Assembly: GCA_963712745.1 (NCBI GenBank)
Contig: CAVQJC010000006.1
Location: forward strand, 320,001 to 384,000
DNA length: 64,000 bases
Direction: 5' to 3'
Source: an uncultured Chloroflexia bacterium
GTDB lineage: Bacteria > Chloroflexota > Limnocylindria > Limnocylindrales > CSP1-4
Shown piece by piece: positions 51,201 to 59,879 of the stretch. Under the pieces are notes generated by a model. It was given only the letters and a program-made list of their open reading frames with translations, had not been told where the DNA came from and did no database searches. A program made the translations under genes and the position numbers. Position 1 is the stretch's first letter; each line of letters begins with the position of its first letter.

Positions 51201-53345
51201 ACGCAGGCGGACCGACCCGACGCCGACCGCACGCAGCTGCTGGCGGTCGCGGCGGACGGCTCGGTGACAACGATCGGCATCGGCGGCAACGCCTTCGGCT
51301 GGCGCCTGCCGGGCGTGCTGCTGGGCGTGCTGGGAGCAGCCCTCCTCTATCTCCTCGCCCGCGTGCTCTTCGCACGGCGAAGTATCGCCCTCATCGTGGC
51401 CGTCCTTGTCGTTGCCGAGGGCATGCTCTTCGCCAACTCGCGGATCGCCATGAACGACGTCTACGTGACCACGTTCATCCTACTCGCGGCACTCGTCTTC
51501 GCGCCCCTCTACCTCGCTCCGAGGCGGGCCCTCATCGCCCTCGCCATCGTCATCGGGGCGGGCCTGGCGCTGGGGCTTGCCCTGGCCTCGAAATGGGTCG
51601 CGCTCTACGCCATCGGCGGCCTCGGCCTGCTGGTGCTCTTGCGCTCGGCGCTCGGCCGCTCCATGGCCCTGCTGGCTCTCATGGGCATGACGGCCGTCCT
51701 CGGCGCCATGGCCGTTCGCCCAGCCGATATGCCCGAACCCTCGCGCAACTGGAGCTTCGTGCTATTGATGCTGCTGCTCACAGGGTTACTGGCGGCGGCG
51801 ATGGTGCGTCGACCGCTGCCCTTCACCAGGGTGGAGGTCCTGCTGGCGGTGACGGCGCCGATCCTGGCCGGACTGGCGCTGGTCCTGCTGGGGCAGCCGC
51901 TCTACGGGGGGCTGACCGTGGGGGCAGGGGCGCTCGTGGCTCTCATCGCACTCGTGGTGACCTGGGCGGGGCGTGGCCCCTTCTCCCCCGCCGCCCGACT
52001 GCCGGCTCGGGACACCAGCGTCTGGCTGCGCCCGGGGCCGGTCCAGTTCGTGCCCTGGCTGCTCACGCTGGGCGCCCTCCTGGTCCTGCCCATCGGGACG
52101 TATGTCATCAGCTACGCACCGTGGGTCGAGCTGGGCAACGCCTGGGGCCTGCCGCTGCTAGGAGACCTGCCCTTCCTGCCCGAGTCGGTCGAGGACGGCC
52201 GTGATCTGGCCGACCTGACCGCATCGATGTACCAGTACCACGACAACCTCCGCGCCGAGCACGCCGCTTCGTCCCCGTGGTGGGCCTGGCCACTCGACCT
52301 CAAGCCGGTGTGGTTCTTCCAGGAGCGCTACGCCGACGGCACGACCGGGCTCATCTACGACGCCGGCAACCTCGTCGTCTTCTGGCTGGGCATCGCGGGC
52401 CTGGCCTTCAGTGCGGTCATGGCCTGGCGCCGGCGTAGCCTGGCCCTGACGCTGGTGGTGGTCATGTGGGCGGCACTCTGGCTGCCCTGGGCGCGTATCG
52501 ACCGGGCCGCGTTCCAGTACCACGTCTACGCCAGCCTGCCCTTCATGCTGCTGGCCCTCTCGTACTTCCTTGCCGAGCTGTGGCACGGACCGGGCGCACG
52601 CACCTGGTTCCTGGCCCGGGTTGCCGGCGCCCTGGCCATCATCGGCGTGCCGTTGCTGTGGCTGCTGCGCACGCCGCTGTGCATCCTCTCCGGTACGGCC
52701 GTGGCACGTCCGGAGGGCGTGGCGTGTGCCGCGGAGGTCACCCGCACCGCGCAATTGAGCGAGGGCGGCGTGGCGGCGATCTTCGTCCTGGGGGTGGGCG
52801 CTGCCGTGGCCGGCTATCTTGCCTGGCGAGCCTCGCGGGCCCAGGCTCTCCGGCCGCGCGAGGACGGCCGCGGCGGGCCCTGGCTGGCGGCCATCGTGAC
52901 CGTCGCCCTGCTCACGCTCGGCGGCGTCTTCGCGGCGCTGCTCCTGCTCGACACCTCGTCGACCACGGGCATCACCATGACCTCCGACGTGCTGGCGCTG
53001 ATGGGCCTGGTGGTGCTGGGGATCCCGGCCTGGCTGACGCTGCGCGCGCGCGATCCGCGACGCTTCGTGCTGGGTGTCCTGGGCGCAGCCGTGCTCTGGC
53101 TGCTGGTGTGGTATCCGAACATCAGCGGCCTGCCGCTACCGTCGGAGATCGCACATCTCTACCAGGGCCTGCTGCCGACCTGGAACTGGGACTTCCAGTT
53201 CGCGGTCAACACCGACCCTGCTGCCGAGGACGGCATCGCTGACGCGGCCACCCTCGTCATCGGCGCCATCAGCGTCGTCTTCGTCGTGGCCGTGGCTGTG
53301 GCCGCCCGTGCCTGGGGCCGGCCCTCGCCGCCGCCCTCGGGGTAG
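48291..53345 (+). CDS. 1684-aa double GT-C protein: ALG6/8-like domain fused to PMT/GT39 domain with a large inserted soluble domain
   Basis: N-half SDYPP, WGQTD, KPQ, PTRVHERY; C-half YFDEVYH, HPHLAK, NAFGWR, SRIAMND, ASKW, HAASSPWWAWP, FQYH. Confidence 0.85.
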   Translation: MTSTLVQGVGRSHGEPVRPLSVLALSPAIIVLLLGGLALRLTIAYVLFPASGFESDLASYASWAGSMAEFGPGGFYQNAGFSDYPPAYLYVLWGLGLLAGSAGDAAELVKLPPILLDIAVGYFIFRLVRGWTWPGPRSEALALVAAALYLFNPVSFYDSALWGQTDAAGALVLLLGLAALIRGNSEGAAAMAATAALVKPQFGVVLIPLVAAVLVKRHLLQAGSGPRKRPWVPGTLGRWLAREQGPLRLLTAVGVAWLAYLVIALPFGLGPDEYLERMFGTAGGYGYLSVNAFNLWALVGVDGQPSLADALRWNEDTLELLGPLPGLAIGATLLVAGFLWGVVRGAVRDDRWTLIVAITFLAIAFFILPTRVHERYIFPAVALMPLLAVVQRRWALALLLLSVGAFINLHAILTLPLYGSSNVETLPLGEWFRSQPLVVLSALLQTSVGLWAAWQLRPSLRTSPDRFDYASAPAGEGVPALAPPSSYPALPPSPELWVRGPGVVDQVVSRLSWGSLRRDRSATLAWERGGRLDRRDLLIVAVLAVLVLGIRGFRLDQPVRMYFDEVYHARTATEFLQQWQYGEPHDIYEFTHPHLAKYAMAWGIRLAGGNHITGSAELGVPVADTALERRWARSAEDERRRGDRLWVGTGSALRAYDLETDRLVAEVPLAAAAVAVDDAGHRLFVADSVGRLYRLDTTVLDGAPGGQALLETIPQPLSPGPGAPVERLLATDTSLVAATRGALRSFDPETGELVSERLMVGVTDLLELPWAERLVVDTRALPDREVAADLLAEALATDREPLAERLAAEGSVVIAAWLDESAADAVLALIEAGDLPGAELASAPLLAVADHSGVSVLDAWTLDPVDDIASASAVSALMLAEPASDEPTLYAAAGPELLTVPLLEDGPGIPETMWMPGQTRGLAWNESAGLAHVLGDAPEGGPTVYVVEPRGRSVFIDVPLPYEPLRLLADTQADRPDADRTQLLAVAADGSVTTIGIGGNAFGWRLPGVLLGVLGAALLYLLARVLFARRSIALIVAVLVVAEGMLFANSRIAMNDVYVTTFILLAALVFAPLYLAPRRALIALAIVIGAGLALGLALASKWVALYAIGGLGLLVLLRSALGRSMALLALMGMTAVLGAMAVRPADMPEPSRNWSFVLLMLLLTGLLAAAMVRRPLPFTRVEVLLAVTAPILAGLALVLLGQPLYGGLTVGAGALVALIALVVTWAGRGPFSPAARLPARDTSVWLRPGPVQFVPWLLTLGALLVLPIGTYVISYAPWVELGNAWGLPLLGDLPFLPESVEDGRDLADLTASMYQYHDNLRAEHAASSPWWAWPLDLKPVWFFQERYADGTTGLIYDAGNLVVFWLGIAGLAFSAVMAWRRRSLALTLVVVMWAALWLPWARIDRAAFQYHVYASLPFMLLALSYFLAELWHGPGARTWFLARVAGALAIIGVPLLWLLRTPLCILSGTAVARPEGVACAAEVTRTAQLSEGGVAAIFVLGVGAAVAGYLAWRASRAQALRPREDGRGGPWLAAIVTVALLTLGGVFAALLLLDTSSTTGITMTSDVLALMGLVVLGIPAWLTLRARDPRRFVLGVLGAAVLWLLVWYPNISGLPLPSEIAHLYQGLLPTWNWDFQFAVNTDPAAEDGIADAATLVIGAISVVFVVAVAVAARAWGRPSPPPSG

Positions 53346-54658
53346 GCGCTAGCGGTCGTCGTCGATCCCGGGCTGCAGGGCTGCTGCCGCGGCCACCTGC
53401 CGGTTTCGCCCTCCGACCTCGTCAGGCTGCCCGATCGCGCGATCGGCGTGGCCTTCGGATCCTGCTCTGCCTGGGTCCACAGGCCTGGTGCGCGCTGGGG
53501 CGTCTCGGGAACGTCCGCGCTGAAGCCGGAGGGGAGCGCGTCCTTGGCGGCCAGTCGCCGGATGACGAAGCCGTAGTAGTCCTCCACCTTGGCCGTGATG
53601 TTCTCCCAGCTGAACTGGACCGCGCGCTCACGGCCGCTATCGCCCATGCGCCGTCGCAGCAGCGGATCGCGCAGCAAGGTGCCCAGGGCTGCAGCCAGAG
53701 CCTCCACGTCGCGTGGCGGCACCAGCACGGCCTGCTCGTTGCGGCGGACCACTCCCTTGTAGCCGTGGATGTCGCTGCACACGATGGGCTTGCCGGAGGC
53801 CATCGCCTCGAGCAGCACGATACCGAACGACTCCTGGCCCGTGGCCGGCCCGGCGTAGATGTCGGCCGTCGCGAATGCACGCGCCTTGTCGTGGTCAGAG
53901 AGACGGCCCAGCATCTCCACGCCACCGAGGCGGCGCGACTGGACGTAGCGACGCGCCTCGCCGGCCTGAGGTCCGCTGCCCACCACCAGCAGGCGGCAGC
54001 CCAGTCCCTCCAGGCGCAGCTGGTAGTAGGCCCGCAGCAGGTACATCAGCCCCTTGCGGCTCTCGAAGCGACCCACGAAGAGGATGTTGGGCACACCGTC
54101 ATTCCAGCGAGCGAACGGCGGCACGTCGTCGAACTGCGAAAGGTCCACGCCGTTGGGGATGACCTTGTACTCCCCGGGGAAGTAGCGCTTGATGAAGTGC
54201 TGCGCGGCTGCGCTGACCGCGATGCGGCCGTGCAGCCGACGGGCGGGTGTGCGCATGAAGCGCTTGCCGAACTCGTAGGAGGGGCTGAAACCCGAGTACG
54301 CATGGAAGGTGGCGATGTTGACGGCCCTGGAGTAGCGCAGGAGGACCAGGGAGAGGAAGGGCACGAACGGTTCGTGGAAGTGGATGACGTCGAAGCGCTC
54401 GCGGTCGAGCATGGCCTGCACGAGCTGGGGGTAGCGGTGCGAGACCGTGAGCGTGCCTACCGAGCCGTTGGTGGGCACGCTCCAGCCGTAGCCGAGCCGG
54501 ATGATGTCGCCCTCGCTCGAGCGCTGCGGACCGTGGGTCGCGCTGATGATGCGCACGTCGTGTCCGCGCTTGACCAGGTTCTCGTAGAGGTAGCCCACGT
54601 GAGCGTTCACGCCCCCGGGCAGCGGGAAGATGTATGGCGTGACCAGGCCGATCTTCAC
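53159..54658 (-). CDS. pimA: PimA-like GT4 phosphatidylinositol alpha-mannosyltransferase (3' end uncertain)
   Basis: PGGV..HV, PTNGSV, FDVIHFHEP, ATFH, RIAVS, IPNGVD, QESFGIVLLEAMA; clustered with pgsA/patA homologues. Confidence 0.8.
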   Translation of the reverse strand: MKIGLVTPYIFPLPGGVNAHVGYLYENLVKRGHDVRIISATHGPQRSSEGDIIRLGYGWSVPTNGSVGTLTVSHRYPQLVQAMLDRERFDVIHFHEPFVPFLSLVLLRYSRAVNIATFHAYSGFSPSYEFGKRFMRTPARRLHGRIAVSAAAQHFIKRYFPGEYKVIPNGVDLSQFDDVPPFARWNDGVPNILFVGRFESRKGLMYLLRAYYQLRLEGLGCRLLVVGSGPQAGEARRYVQSRRLGGVEMLGRLSDHDKARAFATADIYAGPATGQESFGIVLLEAMASGKPIVCSDIHGYKGVVRRNEQAVLVPPRDVEALAAALGTLLRDPLLRRRMGDSGRERAVQFSWENITAKVEDYYGFVIRRLAAKDALPSGFSADVPETPQRAPGLWTQAEQDPKATPIARSGSLTRSEGETGRWPRQQPCSPGSTTTASAYPEGGGEGRPQARAATATATTKTTLMAPMTRVAASAMPSSAAGSVLTANWKSQFQVGSRPW

Positions 54659-55515
54659 GGAGCCTCCTCCGCTCGTGGCAGCCCGGCAGCATCGCGGTCG
54701 AAGTGCACCGGGCGCTCGCGTCCGCCCGGATAGCCCAGGTCCCGCCCGGTACCGTCGCGGCGGACCTTGCCGCCGACCTCGTCCGCGATGGCGTCGAGGT
54801 TCTTGCGTGTCTGCTGTGCGAACATGCGCAGCTGCCCCTTCCAGGTGTAGGCCTTGCCCTCCCAGCGTGTGTCGCGCTCGGCCAGCGCCCGGCGCAGGCT
54901 GGCCTCGACATCCCCGTGTCGCTCGAGGATGGTCACCGTCGAGCCCACGTTGGCCATCTTGTGCGCATCGGAGCCGCCGGTGGCGGCGATGCCCAGCTCC
55001 TCAGCCAGTGCGGGCGCCTTGTGGCTCCAGCGCATGCGCGCGGTGGTGGGATTGAAGCCCTCCAGGCCGTCGGGGTGAAAGATGGGGTCGGCCTCGTCCA
55101 TGAGCCTGCGGATGGAGCGTTCGCTCGCGCACAGGGGATAGGGCGGCAGCGGGTGGGCGATGATGGCCAGCCCGCCCTGATCGTGGATGCGCGCGATGGA
55201 GTCCTTGAGCGAGTGCCAGGGTCCGATCCGCCTGCTCAAGTACAGCCCCAGCAGGTGCCCGCCACGCGTGGAGATCTCCTCGCCCACGATGACTTCGATG
55301 GGCCAGCCGTGGTATTCGGCCATGGCCTTGCCTGCGAGGGCCGCGTCCATGCGCTCGTGGTCGGCGATGGCCACGGCGTCGAGCTTCGCGTCGACGGCGG
55401 CCCTGATCATGTCCGCCACCCCGTGGATGCCGTCGGAGGCGAGCGTGTGGACATGCGGGTCGATGCGCAGCTTCGGAGTCGCCGCCGGCCGCGTTGTCGC
55501 CTGTTCCTCGCTCAC
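54655..55515 (-). CDS. PHP-family metal-dependent phosphoesterase
   Basis: DPHVHT.ASDG, IADHE, GEEIST..GH, AHP, GGSDAH. Confidence 0.88.
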   Translation of the reverse strand: MSEEQATTRPAATPKLRIDPHVHTLASDGIHGVADMIRAAVDAKLDAVAIADHERMDAALAGKAMAEYHGWPIEVIVGEEISTRGGHLLGLYLSRRIGPWHSLKDSIARIHDQGGLAIIAHPLPPYPLCASERSIRRLMDEADPIFHPDGLEGFNPTTARMRWSHKAPALAEELGIAATGGSDAHKMANVGSTVTILERHGDVEASLRRALAERDTRWEGKAYTWKGQLRMFAQQTRKNLDAIADEVGGKVRRDGTGRDLGYPGGRERPVHFDRDAAGLPRAEEAP

Positions 55516-56540
55516 CCCTCGTCGTCCTCCCAGATGCGGAAGAACAGTGTGGTCCATTGTTCGGGCGCGCGCGCGATGATGCGCTCCATGGCCCGAGCTT
55601 CCTGCTCCAGGATGGCGCGCGTGGCTGCCCGGCCCTGGGCGCCCTCCGGTGGCCGCAGCGGAACCGTATGGCCGAGCCACTCGCCCGGCCCGGTCCGCTC
55701 GATGGCCTCCAGATACAACGGAGCCCCAGTCTGGACCGAGAGCATGGCCGGCCCGATGGGCAGCCGCACCGGCCCGCCGAACAGCTCCACGGCTCGCCCG
55801 CGGCCGACGATGTTGCGGTCGGCAACGATGCCCACCGCTTCACCGCGCCCGAGTGCACCGGTCAGTGCGTCGGCAGCATCCTCGACGGGCACGATGGTGA
55901 CTCCCAACTCGAAGCGCACGCGATCGAAATAGGCCCTCGCCAACGGCGAGTCCACGAACTCCATCGGTCCGGTCAGGGGCAAGGGGCCGACCCGCGAGCC
56001 GTACAGGGCCGAGAGGTCGACCGAGCCGAAGTGCATGGCCATGTGGATGGGCCCCGGCTTCCCCGGCTCAGGCAGGCTCATGGCCATGGCCGTGGCCGTG
56101 GGATCGGCCGGCACGAAGCGGGCCTTCAGCTGTGTGCCGCTGTAGCGCGGGCCCAGAGCTGCCTCGGCGTAGCCCACGACCCAGTGCCCGAAGGTAGCCC
56201 GCACCAGCCGGTCGAGTGCCCGGCGATCCCGGGCGGCCCGAGCCACCCGCGGTGTGGCCATGCCGTTCTCGACCAGCCAGGTGCACACCCGCCGCAGGTT
56301 GTCGCGCACGAGCTCGCGCCGCTCGGGCAGGAGCAGGTAGAGGCCCGCCCCGAGGGCGAACGCGGCGCGGTAGAGTGGCTTGTCGGGCAGCCTGCGCGCG
56401 AGCCAGAGGGTACCGATGAGCAGCCTGAACACGACGCGCCCGAAGCGATCGAGAGCCGGCCCCGGCGGCGGCGCAGATCTGCTGATGGCCTCGGAAGGCG
56501 AGTCGGCCGCCGTGTGCGCACCGGTCGGCTGCTCAGTCAT
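55512..56540 (-). CDS. PatA/LpxL-family lysophospholipid acyltransferase (copy 2)
   Basis: HFGSVD (Hx4D), GIVADR, VELFG, GPAML, APEQW. Confidence 0.85.
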   Translation of the reverse strand: MTEQPTGAHTAADSPSEAISRSAPPPGPALDRFGRVVFRLLIGTLWLARRLPDKPLYRAAFALGAGLYLLLPERRELVRDNLRRVCTWLVENGMATPRVARAARDRRALDRLVRATFGHWVVGYAEAALGPRYSGTQLKARFVPADPTATAMAMSLPEPGKPGPIHMAMHFGSVDLSALYGSRVGPLPLTGPMEFVDSPLARAYFDRVRFELGVTIVPVEDAADALTGALGRGEAVGIVADRNIVGRGRAVELFGGPVRLPIGPAMLSVQTGAPLYLEAIERTGPGEWLGHTVPLRPPEGAQGRAATRAILEQEARAMERIIARAPEQWTTLFFRIWEDDEG

Positions 56541-57537
56541 GGGCCCCGACCCTGGCCGCTCGAAGGGCCAGGTCCTCGGCCTCGCCATCGTGGGCCGGCC
56601 ACATCGGCTTGAAGGTGTACCACTGTTCGGGGGCTGCGGCGATCATGTGTTCGAGGGCGTCGGCCACCGCCTGGGTGGCGCGAGCGATCTCGGCCTCCGA
56701 CGTTCCGGCCACCTCGATGGGTTCGTACATGATGGGGACGTAGGAGCCATCGGGTTGGCGTCGGGCCAGGACCGGCACGACCACGGCGTTGGTGCGAGCG
56801 GCCAGCGTGGCCGGGCCGGCTGGGAGCGTGGTCCAGTCGCCGAACAGGCGGACCGGCACGTCGTCGGGCCGGTAGCCCCAGTCCACGACCATGCCCAGGA
56901 TGGCCGGCTTGCGCATGACCCGGAAGATATCGCGCAGCCGGCGCCAGGGGATGATGGTCACGCCCCACCGCGCCCGCGAGCGGTTGAGCAGCTCGAAGAG
57001 CTCCGGATAGGCCGAGTCGTCGGCCAGGCCGTAGGTGGGGATGCCTTGCTGGGCATAGGCCCCGGCGAAGACCTCGATGCTGCCGATGTGGCCGGAGACG
57101 GCGACGATGCCGCGACCCTCTGCTTCGCAGCGGTGCCACAGGTCCATGAACCGCTGGTGTAGTTCGCCCTCCTTGGACACGAGCCGGGCGGGCTCGTCGG
57201 CGGGCAGGTTCGGCAGCCGCATCAGCTCGATGGTGAAGCGCGCATAGGTGCTGTAGATGCCGCGTGCCAGGCCTGCCACGTCCCGGTGGTCGTGTGGCAG
57301 GCCCAGCACGTGGGCGGCATTGCTCTTGATGATGTGTCGCTTCGACGGCCACAGGTAGTAGCCGGCGCGGAAGCCGATTCCTGCGAGCGGCTCGCTGATG
57401 CGCAGCGGCACCCGCACCAGCAGGGCGCTGACGGCGCGGAAGACCAGGACCACGAAACGCTCCCAGGCCCGCGACACGGCTCCGCAGAGCAGCCCCCGGT
57501 CCGAGCGGCGGTGTGGTGCGTAGTCGACGCCGGACAC
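56533..57537 (-). CDS. PatA/LpxL-family lysophospholipid acyltransferase (copy 1)
   Basis: HIGSIE (Hx4E), GMVVDW, VRLFG, PAGPATLA, APEQW; AGGAGG RBS before GTG 57537. Confidence 0.85.
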   Translation of the reverse strand: MSGVDYAPHRRSDRGLLCGAVSRAWERFVVLVFRAVSALLVRVPLRISEPLAGIGFRAGYYLWPSKRHIIKSNAAHVLGLPHDHRDVAGLARGIYSTYARFTIELMRLPNLPADEPARLVSKEGELHQRFMDLWHRCEAEGRGIVAVSGHIGSIEVFAGAYAQQGIPTYGLADDSAYPELFELLNRSRARWGVTIIPWRRLRDIFRVMRKPAILGMVVDWGYRPDDVPVRLFGDWTTLPAGPATLAARTNAVVVPVLARRQPDGSYVPIMYEPIEVAGTSEAEIARATQAVADALEHMIAAAPEQWYTFKPMWPAHDGEAEDLALRAARVGAHD

Positions 57538-57547
57538 GTCCCTCCTG

Positions 57548-58720
57548 TCAGGCGATCGTGACCGCCTCCTGCTCATTCGAGGCTGCCGCCAGGACCGCCT
57601 CAGCCTCCTCGACCGCGTCCGACTCGGCGCCGTTCAGGGTCGCTTCGTCCTCGCCCCGGATGAAGGCCTCGAGACGCTCGCGGGCGACGTCGTCGTGGAT
57701 CTGCTGGGGCGGGCTCTTCATGAAGTATGCCGAGGCAGCCACGAGCGTGCCCGCGAGGCCGCGGTCGAGGCCGATCTTGGCGCAGCGGATGGCGTCGGTG
57801 ATGACGCCGGCACTGTTGGGGCTGTCCCAGACCTCGAGCTTGAGCTCGGCCAGCAGCGGCACGTCGCCGTAGGTCGTGCCCTCGATGCGGATGTGGCAGA
57901 ACTTGCGGTCCTCGAGCCAGGGCACGTGGTCCGAGGGGCCGACGTGGACGGCACCCTCCTCGAGCTCGTAGTCCAGCATCGAGGTGACGGCGTTGGTCTT
58001 GCTGATCTTCTTGGACTCCAGGCGATCGCGCTCGAGCATGTTCTGAAAGTCGGTGTTGCCGCCGAAGTTCAACTGGTAGGTCCTGTCGACCTTCACTCCG
58101 CGGTCGTCGAAGAGGCGAGTCAGCACGCGGTGGCTGATGGTGGCGCCGACCTGGCTCTTGATGTCGTCGCCGATGACGGGCAGCCCGGCAGCGGCGAACC
58201 TGGCCTGCCACTCGGGCTCCCGGCCGATGAAGACGGGGATGGCGTTGACGAAGGCGCAGCCGGCCTCGATGGCTCGCTCGGCGTACCAGCGAGTAGCGTC
58301 CTCACTGCCCACCGGCAGGTAGGAGACGACCACCTCGACCTGGGCCGCCTTGAGTGCCGCGACCACGTCGACCGGCGCCTCCGGCGACTCGGGAACGACG
58401 GCTGCCACGTAGCGGCCGATGCCGTCCATGGTCGGGCCGCGCTGGACGGTGACACCCACCCGGGGTACATCGCAGAAGCGGATGGTGTTGTTGGGCTTGG
58501 CATAGATGGCCTCGCCCAGGTCCAGCCCGACCTTGCTGGCGTTAACGTCGAAGGCCGCCACGAACTCGATGTCACGGACGTGATAGCCGCCAAGGTTGAC
58601 GTGCATCAGGCCGGGGACGAAGGTGTCCTCAGGGGCGTCCTGGTAGTAGTAGCGGCCCTGGACGAGGCTGCTGGCGCAATTCCCGACGCCGATGATGCCG
58701 ACGCGAACCTTGTTGCTCAT
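57548..58720 (-). CDS. ino1: myo-inositol-1-phosphate synthase
   Basis: [62 protein letters not shown]. Confidence 0.96.
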   Translation of the reverse strand: MSNKVRVGIIGVGNCASSLVQGRYYYQDAPEDTFVPGLMHVNLGGYHVRDIEFVAAFDVNASKVGLDLGEAIYAKPNNTIRFCDVPRVGVTVQRGPTMDGIGRYVAAVVPESPEAPVDVVAALKAAQVEVVVSYLPVGSEDATRWYAERAIEAGCAFVNAIPVFIGREPEWQARFAAAGLPVIGDDIKSQVGATISHRVLTRLFDDRGVKVDRTYQLNFGGNTDFQNMLERDRLESKKISKTNAVTSMLDYELEEGAVHVGPSDHVPWLEDRKFCHIRIEGTTYGDVPLLAELKLEVWDSPNSAGVITDAIRCAKIGLDRGLAGTLVAASAYFMKSPPQQIHDDVARERLEAFIRGEDEATLNGAESDAVEEAEAVLAAASNEQEAVTIA

Positions 58721-58747
58721 TGGTGGTGTCTCCTGCCTTGTCTCGTG

Positions 58748-59413
58748 TCAGTCGTTCTGGGGGTTGGGGGGTTGGGCGGTGACGAAGCGGACGCGCTGGA
58801 TGACCGTGACGGTCGCCAGCACGGCGATCAGACCGAGGCCTATCGCGAGGATGAGGCTGCCGGTGTCGAACAGGTCGGGAGTGACTCCGAAGATGCCTGC
58901 GCCCACGACGGCGATGCCGAGGATGACCGTGCGGACCTCGCGCGGAGCGAAGCCGATGGCGGCCATGCCGGTGCCGCTCGAGAAGCCGAGCGATTCGCTC
59001 TTGGCGCGGGTGTAGCTGACCATGAAGGCCGAGACCAGCGCTGCGGCCGCCAGCCAGGCTCCCAGATCGAAACCGGCTCGCGTGGCACCGATGACGATGC
59101 CCAGGTACACGATGCCTTCGCCCCAGCGGTCGAAGGTGCTGTCCATGAAGGCACCGAGCTTGCTCACCTGCCCGGTAGCGCGCGCGACCGCCCCGTCGAA
59201 CATGTCGAAGCCCGCACCGGCCGTGGCCACGATGCCGGCGAGCAACCACCATTCGAGAGCGGCCAGCACACCGCCGAGCGAGGCGATGCCGAAGCCGATG
59301 AGGGTGAGCATGTTGGGCGTGAGCCCTGCTCGAGACATGGCCAGAGCGATGGGTTCGACCCTGGCCCGGATGCCGGAGCGCTGCTCCGGCGAGATGAACG
59401 ATCCCTTGCCCAT
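58748..59413 (-). CDS. pgsA: CDP-alcohol phosphatidyltransferase (PI-phosphate synthase-like)
   Basis: LTPNMLT, DMFDGAVAR...GAFMDSTFDR, MVSYTRAKSESLG; adjacent to ino1. Confidence 0.85.
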   Translation of the reverse strand: MGKGSFISPEQRSGIRARVEPIALAMSRAGLTPNMLTLIGFGIASLGGVLAALEWWLLAGIVATAGAGFDMFDGAVARATGQVSKLGAFMDSTFDRWGEGIVYLGIVIGATRAGFDLGAWLAAAALVSAFMVSYTRAKSESLGFSSGTGMAAIGFAPREVRTVILGIAVVGAGIFGVTPDLFDTGSLILAIGLGLIAVLATVTVIQRVRFVTAQPPNPQND

Positions 59414-59415
59414 GA

Positions 59416-59748
59416 CTACCTCTCCAATCCCAAGAGTGCGATCTCCTGCTCGTGGAACCGCAGCAGGGCCTCGCGACCCAGGCTGCAGATGGTTTCGCGA
59501 CCCTGCCGCCGGGTCTGCACGAGACCGGCCGCACGCAGGCGGCGCAGGTGCCACGACACGAGCGGCTGGCTCAGGTCGACGTGGCGCATGAGGTCGCTGA
59601 CAGTGCCATCCCCCTGGGCCAGCCGCTGGAGGATGCGCAGCCGGGTGGGGTCGGCGAGGGCCTTGTGCACCAGCGCCACACCTTTGAGGTCCTGCGGCGG
59701 ACCGGTGATGGTGGCGATGGTGGAACGGATGCGTGCCGGACTTGGCAA
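59416..59748 (-). CDS. ArsR/SmtB family transcriptional regulator
   Basis: KALADPTRLRIL, LSQPLVSWHLRRLRAAGLV, RRQGRE; GAGGAGG before TTG 59748. Confidence 0.88.
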   Translation of the reverse strand: MPSPARIRSTIATITGPPQDLKGVALVHKALADPTRLRILQRLAQGDGTVSDLMRHVDLSQPLVSWHLRRLRAAGLVQTRRQGRETICSLGREALLRFHEQEIALLGLER

Positions 59749-59779
59749 GCGGTCCTCCTCCGAACTCGACTTGTCACAA

Positions 59780-59807
59780 CAACAAGTCTTTATATAAGCG
59801 GTTGTTG
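59780..59807. promoter_or_regulatory. putative ArsR operator in the divergent promoter region
   Basis: AT-rich inverted repeat CAACAA-gtct-TTATATAA-gcgg-TTGTTG. Confidence 0.6.
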
Positions 59808-59879
59808 ATGCTAGACGGCCGGGGACGCCCATGTCAAGCCCCCGTGGCGCGGCCGTGGTGAATGGCCCATCATTCGGCC

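Noticed and set aside
50112-51290. Intein inside the PMT domain
   Set aside because: No N-terminal Cys/Ser with a C-terminal His-Asn junction and no LAGLIDADG motifs; it reads as a stable inserted domain.
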